Shown here piece after piece: positions 59,605-64,000 of a DNA stretch of 64,000 nucleotides (the first letter of the stretch is position 1; each line of letters starts with the position of its first letter). The translations under genes and the position numbers were made by a program. Origin of the DNA: Bacteroidota bacterium (lineage in GTDB: Bacteria; Bacteroidota; Ignavibacteria; Ignavibacteriales; SURF-24); NCBI GenBank assembly GCA_050258935.1, contig JBLMZS010000042.1:12778-76777 (forward strand). Direction: 5' to 3'. The notes under the pieces were generated by a model. The model saw nothing but the letters and a program-made list of their open reading frames with translations. It ran no database searches and was not told the DNA's origin.

Positions 59605-62118
59605 TTATTCAATTAGTCCGAATTTATATCCGCGTCTTTTCAGTTCACCGATCAGAGCATCGAGCTTATTATAAAACTTGTCGGTCCTTCTTGGATCCGT
59701 TCCGAAATGGGTAAGCAGAATAAATCCGTTCAGTCCCTTATCGGAGTTCTTTTCAAATTCCAGTATTCTTGAATATATTTCGTCGCTAGATTTATACTGC
59801 CCTTTCAGTTCCGGGATTGTCCAGTCGGCATTTGAATATGTACCAGGAGTAAAGTTGACCAGTTTAAGTCCGGCCTCTGCAGTCCAGTCAGCTATCTGCT
59901 GGTTATACCATTCATAAGCCGGCAGAAAATAACGGGCCTGTTCTTTTTTTACACCGAACTTCTCCATTTCCTTATAGTTGTCCCTTACATCCGTCAGATA
60001 CTGTTCTTTTGTTACCAGCGTGGAATCGCGCTTTGTCCAGTCATTATACAGCACATGTTTATCCGAATGAGCGCCCAGATAGTGCCCGTTCTTCTTGAGG
60101 TCGTATATTACCGAAGCGAACTTTGGATTTCTGTAGAAGTCACCGGTAAAAAAGAACGACGCTTTTATATTATGTTTTTTCAGTACATTTATTATAGTAG
60201 TACCGCCGTCTGCAAATTCATGACCGGTGAAAACCAGGTGAATCATTTTTTCAGAGGGATCGGTACGTACTATTGCTCCGAGATATTCTTCATTGGTCTT
60301 TTTTTTTTCTATAAGCGATTTTTTCCCGTCCTTACCGGTTTTAACAGCCTTCTGACCCATGGTCTGCATGGATGACAGATAGTATGTCAGGCTTGCAGTA
60401 CCGTCCATTGTCGGCTCATTGGTGGAATAGTCGCCGAAATCATCGTGATAAACTACTCTCGATGACTGGAATTCTGCATACTCATCGGGCTGATCGAGTC
60501 TGAGTCCCTCTAGTTTTCTGAATATGGAGCCATATACCGGGCCGTCAACGAGTCCGCCTTTGATCGGGTATTTTTTCAGTACCCATAGTGACGAGTGCGG
60601 GTCTGAAGGGCTGTCGCCGTTCTCCGGCAGCCCGATAATCATGCTTGTGCCCCATGGATTGCATCCGAACAGCCAGTCTCTGAGTGCAGCCTCCATTTCG
60701 AGATATTTTTTGTCTCCTGTAACTTCATTATACAATCTGCACTGAGTAAGCATTGCAGCCACCAGATTGTTTGAGCACCAGATAAACGGTATGCCAATAA
60801 GGAACGGGTTGGATTTGCCTTTCTCAAATACGTTTTCAATTCCCTGCTTGAAAAATCCTGTAAACTTATTCTTTATGGATTTATCGCGTGTGTCAGACAT
60901 ATAATAATGTCCCAGGTTCAGGAACGGATACCACTGATAATGATCTGCAGTATCAGCCCCCATCCATGGCGTAACCGGTTCTTTTTCTCCGAAACCGGCA
61001 GCATCCTTCAGATAATTTTTATCATTTGTTTTTCTGAACAGCTGAACTGCCGCCAGTTCCATATCGTCTACATAATTATCTTCTTCGTAGTAATATGGTG
61101 ACTTGCAGGGAGCGGTCTGGCAGGCACCCGGATGCTTCTTGCCGTAATTATATGCTTCAACTGCTTTTTTGTTTATTTTTTCCGAGAATTCGGGATAGTA
61201 TTTCTTCAGCAGCTCCGCGCCCAGTGCAAAAGCCGATGAAAACTTGCCTGCTGTGGAAGCTATACCAGTAGCCATATTCTTATACTTGAATAGGCCCTGA
61301 ACCTCACCAGTGCAGAAATAAACAGGCCTTTCAAGTCCCTTTCCATAACTTACAGAATCCAGATTAGGCAGTCTGAATCCGGCATGATCACGGTCGTCAG
61401 CTATCTGGTTGAACATAATTTCATTTTCCGGATTCATTTTTACCAGCCAGTCAAGGCCCCATTTGGCCTGATCGAGTATATCCGGGATGCCGTTTTTCCC
61501 GGGGTTCCCGTCTTTGTCGTACTGATCTCCGAAAGCATCCGGGTTCTGCTGATATGCGAACAGTAGCTGATAAACAGCATTTGCACTTGTGGTAACGTAC
61601 TGCAGATAGTCTGTAGCGTCGTGCCATCCGCCGGTAGCGTCTATGTGTCTGCCTTCCATTTCCTTGTTATAGATCACAAATCCGTCGTGTTTGTGGCATG
61701 AGTCCTTCAAAAACGGATTATAGCCGCATTGCTGCTGTCTCATATATTTCAGCAGGAAGTCAGCAGTATTATCGTAAACATCGTTCCCTATTCTGAAAGC
61801 CGGAGATTTAATATTACCAGTTTTAAGAAAATATGTACCCGGAACAGAAAAGGCGGAGAAATCTAGCCGGTATGAAGCTGTAAATGATCCATACTTTCCG
61901 CTGTTACGGACTTTGCTGATAGTCCTGACAGTCTGTCCTGTAAGAGCGTCGCATATATCAAAACTCCTGACAGAAATATTATCCTTGCTCAATAGCACAG
62001 CATTTTTTATGGAATTATTCAGGTACCCAAGCTGATTGATACGTATCCAGCTGTTCTGAGCGAACAGACAGGAATAAGAAATAATAAAGAAAACAAGCAG
62101 TCCGAATTTTTTCATCAC
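59605..62118 (-). CDS. Secreted bifunctional enzyme: GH9-family glycoside hydrolase (with N-terminal Ig-like domain) fused to a CE4-like polysaccharide deacetylase
   Basis: Signal peptide MMKKFGLLVFFIISYSCLFAQ. GH9-like GGWHDATDYLQY (a variant of GGWYDAGD), DRDHAG and YSTNEPTMDG. A Lys-rich linker is followed by the deacetylase-like IHLVFTGHEFADGG, GAHSDKHVLY (H-S-x-x-H) and GFILLTHFG. Confidence 0.7.
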   Translation of the reverse strand: MMKKFGLLVFFIISYSCLFAQNSWIRINQLGYLNNSIKNAVLLSKDNISVRSFDICDALTGQTVRTISKVRNSGKYGSFTASYRLDFSAFSVPGTYFLKTGNIKSPAFRIGNDVYDNTADFLLKYMRQQQCGYNPFLKDSCHKHDGFVIYNKEMEGRHIDATGGWHDATDYLQYVTTSANAVYQLLFAYQQNPDAFGDQYDKDGNPGKNGIPDILDQAKWGLDWLVKMNPENEIMFNQIADDRDHAGFRLPNLDSVSYGKGLERPVYFCTGEVQGLFKYKNMATGIASTAGKFSSAFALGAELLKKYYPEFSEKINKKAVEAYNYGKKHPGACQTAPCKSPYYYEEDNYVDDMELAAVQLFRKTNDKNYLKDAAGFGEKEPVTPWMGADTADHYQWYPFLNLGHYYMSDTRDKSIKNKFTGFFKQGIENVFEKGKSNPFLIGIPFIWCSNNLVAAMLTQCRLYNEVTGDKKYLEMEAALRDWLFGCNPWGTSMIIGLPENGDSPSDPHSSLWVLKKYPIKGGLVDGPVYGSIFRKLEGLRLDQPDEYAEFQSSRVVYHDDFGDYSTNEPTMDGTASLTYYLSSMQTMGQKAVKTGKDGKKSLIEKKKTNEEYLGAIVRTDPSEKMIHLVFTGHEFADGGTTIINVLKKHNIKASFFFTGDFYRNPKFASVIYDLKKNGHYLGAHSDKHVLYNDWTKRDSTLVTKEQYLTDVRDNYKEMEKFGVKKEQARYFLPAYEWYNQQIADWTAEAGLKLVNFTPGTYSNADWTIPELKGQYKSSDEIYSRILEFEKNSDKGLNGFILLTHFGTDPRRTDKFYNKLDALIGELKRRGYKFGLIE

Positions 62119-62232
62119 TTACCCCGGATAAATTTGTTAGCAATTAGATTTCAGGCCGGAAAATTGTACAAGTATATCCGAAAATAACACTTTTTGTATT
62201 TTTAGCAAAGTATAATTTGTATCTGCAGCTAT

Positions 62233-62285
62233 AAAAAAACCCTGTTAAAAATGTAAATACAATCTGCATTTACATTCCCACAGGG
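62233..62285 (-). terminator. Strong compound intrinsic terminator in the gap between the LytTR regulator gene and the GH9::CE4 gene
   Basis: Minus strand: CCCTGT-ggg-AATGTAAAT-gcagattgt-ATTTACATT-ttta-ACAGGG-TTTTTTT. The outer 6-bp GC stem encloses a 9-bp AT stem, and T7 follows. Confidence 0.65.
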
Positions 62286-62470
62286 CTGAGGGGTTGCCAC
62301 GAAATGCTGCTTTGCGTACCCTGGTTCTCTGAGGGGCATAGAGCTCCGGGGATGATAAGTATTCGTGACAATTCATTATGAATGAATTTTTACCGGATAT
62401 CTTTCTCCATATATAGTTTAATACTTTTATGCGTCGGTTCAATCCATTTTCTGCGAGTGGTTGTTTTGAG

Positions 62471-62500
62471 GGATTAGCGGCAAATATTCAGGATGAGCGG
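62471..62500. promoter_or_regulatory. Direct repeat GGAT(T/G)AGCGG x2 with a 20-bp period (candidate regulator-binding site)
   Basis: Plus strand: ggattagcgg-caaatattca-ggatgagcgg, with 9 of 10 positions identical. It lies about 55-80 nt past the stop of the LytTR response-regulator gene. Its function is inferred only. Confidence 0.3.
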
Positions 62501-62552
62501 TAATTTTTCGGTTATAATATTTTTGGAGCAATGATCATTACTGATCAGAGGG

Positions 62553-63314
62553 TTACAGTGTATGCTTAAGTCTGGAAAAATACCTGCGACTTATAAGAAG
62601 CGGTTCCGGATGGTTTTTCATATAGAGATTGACAGAATTGTTGAACCATTTTTCAATTTTGTCGATCTGGCCAATATTTATTATCGTATTTCTGTGAATT
62701 CGTATGAACTGCTCTTCAGGCAGCAGATTTTCCCATTGTTTCATCGGTCTGCGCACCATTACGCGATTATTTTCGTCAATGCAGATCATTGAATAGTCAC
62801 CCATGGCGGATATGAATTTAATCGATGATAGTTTTAATATCCTGGGCTTGCGGTTTACTTCGACGTATATATGTCCTGACCGTGTATATTCCTTTTTCCC
62901 CGCATTTTCATTTTTCCCGTGCTGGTGAATCACTCTGTATTTTTCGGCTGCTTTTTTGAACTGAATCCTTACTGCCCGTATCAGCTCGTCATCAGTGAAT
63001 GGCTTTGTTATATAGTCATCAGCACCTGATTCCATCCCCTTCCTTATTTCCTTCCTGTCTGCCATACCGGTAAGGAAGATGAACGGCAGGGACGAAGTTT
63101 TCCTGGTATTCTGTATTTTCTTCAGTACTGCGTAACCGTCTGTCCTGGGCATTTTGATATCACAGATAATCATATCGGGCATATCCTTCAATGCCATCTT
63201 AATGCCAGCCTTGCCGTCGGCCGCAGAAATTGCAGAATATCCATGCAGTGTCAGCATATCGATGATCAGACGCCTGGAATTATCTTCATCTTCAACGACT
63301 AAAATTTTCTTCAT
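62553..63314 (-). CDS. Two-component response regulator, LytTR DNA-binding family
   Basis: Receiver domain (ILVVEDED..., phospho-acceptor context MIICDIKMPRTDG, ITKPF) plus a C-terminal LytTR domain (IKFISAMGDYSMICIDENNRVMVRRPMKQWENLLPEEQFIRIHRNTIINIGQI). Confidence 0.85.
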   Translation of the reverse strand: MKKILVVEDEDNSRRLIIDMLTLHGYSAISAADGKAGIKMALKDMPDMIICDIKMPRTDGYAVLKKIQNTRKTSSLPFIFLTGMADRKEIRKGMESGADDYITKPFTDDELIRAVRIQFKKAAEKYRVIHQHGKNENAGKKEYTRSGHIYVEVNRKPRILKLSSIKFISAMGDYSMICIDENNRVMVRRPMKQWENLLPEEQFIRIHRNTIINIGQIDKIEKWFNNSVNLYMKNHPEPLLISRRYFSRLKHTL

Positions 63315-63560
63315 ATATATTCCGGGGAATGAAAGACTGGATATACCAATGATATCCGGCTAATACACAGCCGGTGTGCCCTTTTCTATAATGTTATAAA
63401 TCCCCTGCTGAATGTCAACTTATTTATAAAATGGTGTTGTCTGGAAAATTCATGAAAGCTATGCGGTGAGTCGTAGATAAAGAAATGACTGAACTAAAAT
63501 GCCCGTGAATACTCTGTTATAAAACGCAGAAGTATGCCGCGGGCATGAAAAAAAACTGTG

Positions 63561-63647
63561 CGGAAGGGGAGGGATTCGAACCCTCGGTACGGTTGCCCGC
63601 ACACACGCTTTCCAGGCGTGCCAGTTAAGCCACTCCTGCACCCGTCC
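63561..63647 (-). tRNA. tRNA-Ser (anticodon GGA), class II with long variable arm, no encoded CCA
   Basis: Minus-strand read: GGACGGG-TG-CAG-GAGTGGCTTAA-CTG-G-CACGC-CTGGAAA-GCGTG-TGTGCGGGCAACCGTACC-GAGGG-TTCGAAT-CCCTC-CCCTTCC-G. All arms fold, with one C4:U69 acceptor mismatch. Confidence 0.85.
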
Positions 63648-63700
63648 GTATCAAGTTTTCAAATATACTCAGTTTTGCGATAAATATAAAGTAATAATAT

Positions 63701-64000
63701 ATGAATAAAATAATTTTTGTATATTTATTTTTTGTAATTTTAATTGCTCATAACACTGAAAGTATATCGTCTATGGAATATAATTACTCTGACATTCTGT
63801 TCAAATCATTTCTCGTGGTAATTTCTGCACTCATCGGTGCAGCAATAACATTTCTTCTTAAAGTCGACCATAAAAAGCTGTGTTCACTGATAAGTCTGTC
63901 TGCCGGTGCTCTGCTGGGTGCAGCATTATTCGCTATTCTTCCGGAATCATTTGAAAGTCTGAACTATGTCGAGGTACTGCTTAGCGGCTTGTCAGGTTAT
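63701..64000 (+). CDS. Membrane protein, N-terminal fragment, possibly a ZIP-family metal transporter; 3' end beyond the window
   Basis: The ATG at 63701 opens 100 codons with no stop to the window end (absent from the ORF track because it is unterminated). It has hydrophobic helices, and [23 protein letters not shown] resembles the ZIP/ZupT TM signature. Confidence 0.45.
   Translation, partial: MNKIIFVYLFFVILIAHNTESISSMEYNYSDILFKSFLVVISALIGAAITFLLKVDHKKLCSLISLSAGALLGAALFAILPESFESLNYVEVLLSGLSGY

Noticed and set aside
62286-62345. The minus-strand motif GGGUACGCAAAGCAGC resembles the ACGCAAAGC core of the c-di-GMP-I (GEMM-I) riboswitch.
   Set aside because: Only a 9-nt identity is present, which is expected by chance at about this frequency in a 64-kb window read on both strands. 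I could not find the upstream GCAAA element, a GNRA tetraloop or the receptor geometry. I report it only as an unclassified structured region, and a covariance-model scan would decide.
62245-62442. A 65-aa ORF (TTG start) in the gap upstream of the GH9::CE4 gene, considered as a real small protein or bacteriocin-like peptide.
   Set aside because: It has a weak start and no SD, and its sequence is Arg/Lys-rich with no leader or double-glycine motif. Its 3' end runs through both arms of the terminator hairpin. I keep it only as a low-probability alternative within the regulatory-region finding.
63459-63641. A 60-aa ORF in the track on the minus strand.
   Set aside because: It overlaps the tRNA-Ser gene almost completely, so the open frame is a by-product of the tRNA sequence.

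Overview
Chromosomal segment, AT-rich by eye, from a Gram-negative bacterium. All calls are made by eye from motifs, with no searches run. It probably belongs to the FCB superphylum: it has a T9SS-type C-terminal sorting domain, a PorV/PorQ-like outer-membrane protein (OMP), a fused E1 alpha/beta subunit and a Bacteroidota-type GlmM. Several genes have clear Shine-Dalgarno sites (for example aggagg before glmM and ggagggagg before E2), so an Ignavibacteriota-like organism is my unverified guess. I count about 46 protein genes and one tRNA-Ser(GGA). I saw no rRNA, CRISPR array, transposase, integrase or phage gene. Blocks: (1) 1-3.8 kb, an OM barrel, a T9SS-cargo-like protein and a PorV-like OMP; (2) 3.8-6.7 kb, an amidase and an M3 peptidase; (3) 6.9-9.4 kb, a TAT-exported DUF362 protein plus a membrane polyferredoxin; (4) 10.6-25.9 kb, a single-strand Wzx/Wzy/Wzc-type polysaccharide locus containing an adenylating-enzyme::glycosyltransferase fusion, a bi-domain oxidoreductase and an extended WecA-like initiating transferase; (5) 26-37.5 kb, housekeeping genes (rsmE, BamA-like, gcvP, LTA-synthase-like, MCP, SMP-30); (6) 37.6-47.5 kb, a nine-gene same-strand block joining a lipoate-dependent 2-oxoacid dehydrogenase complex (lpd, lipB, E1, E2, lipA) to a four-subunit 2-oxoacid:ferredoxin oxidoreductase; (7) 47.7-54.4 kb, glmM, a DUF58/TPR/radical-SAM operon and clpC; (8) 54.9-59.6 kb, floA, an unknown gene, a UvrD-like helicase and a GT2; (9) 59.6-64 kb, a GH9::CE4 fusion enzyme, an orphan LytTR response regulator, tRNA-Ser and a partial ZIP transporter. 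The best candidates for undescribed biology are the ligase::GT fusion within the polysaccharide locus, the DUF362/polyferredoxin pair, the cargo/PorV-like trio, the dual 2-oxoacid oxidation block, and the GH9::CE4 enzyme with its structured upstream region. None of these is proven novel from sequence alone.
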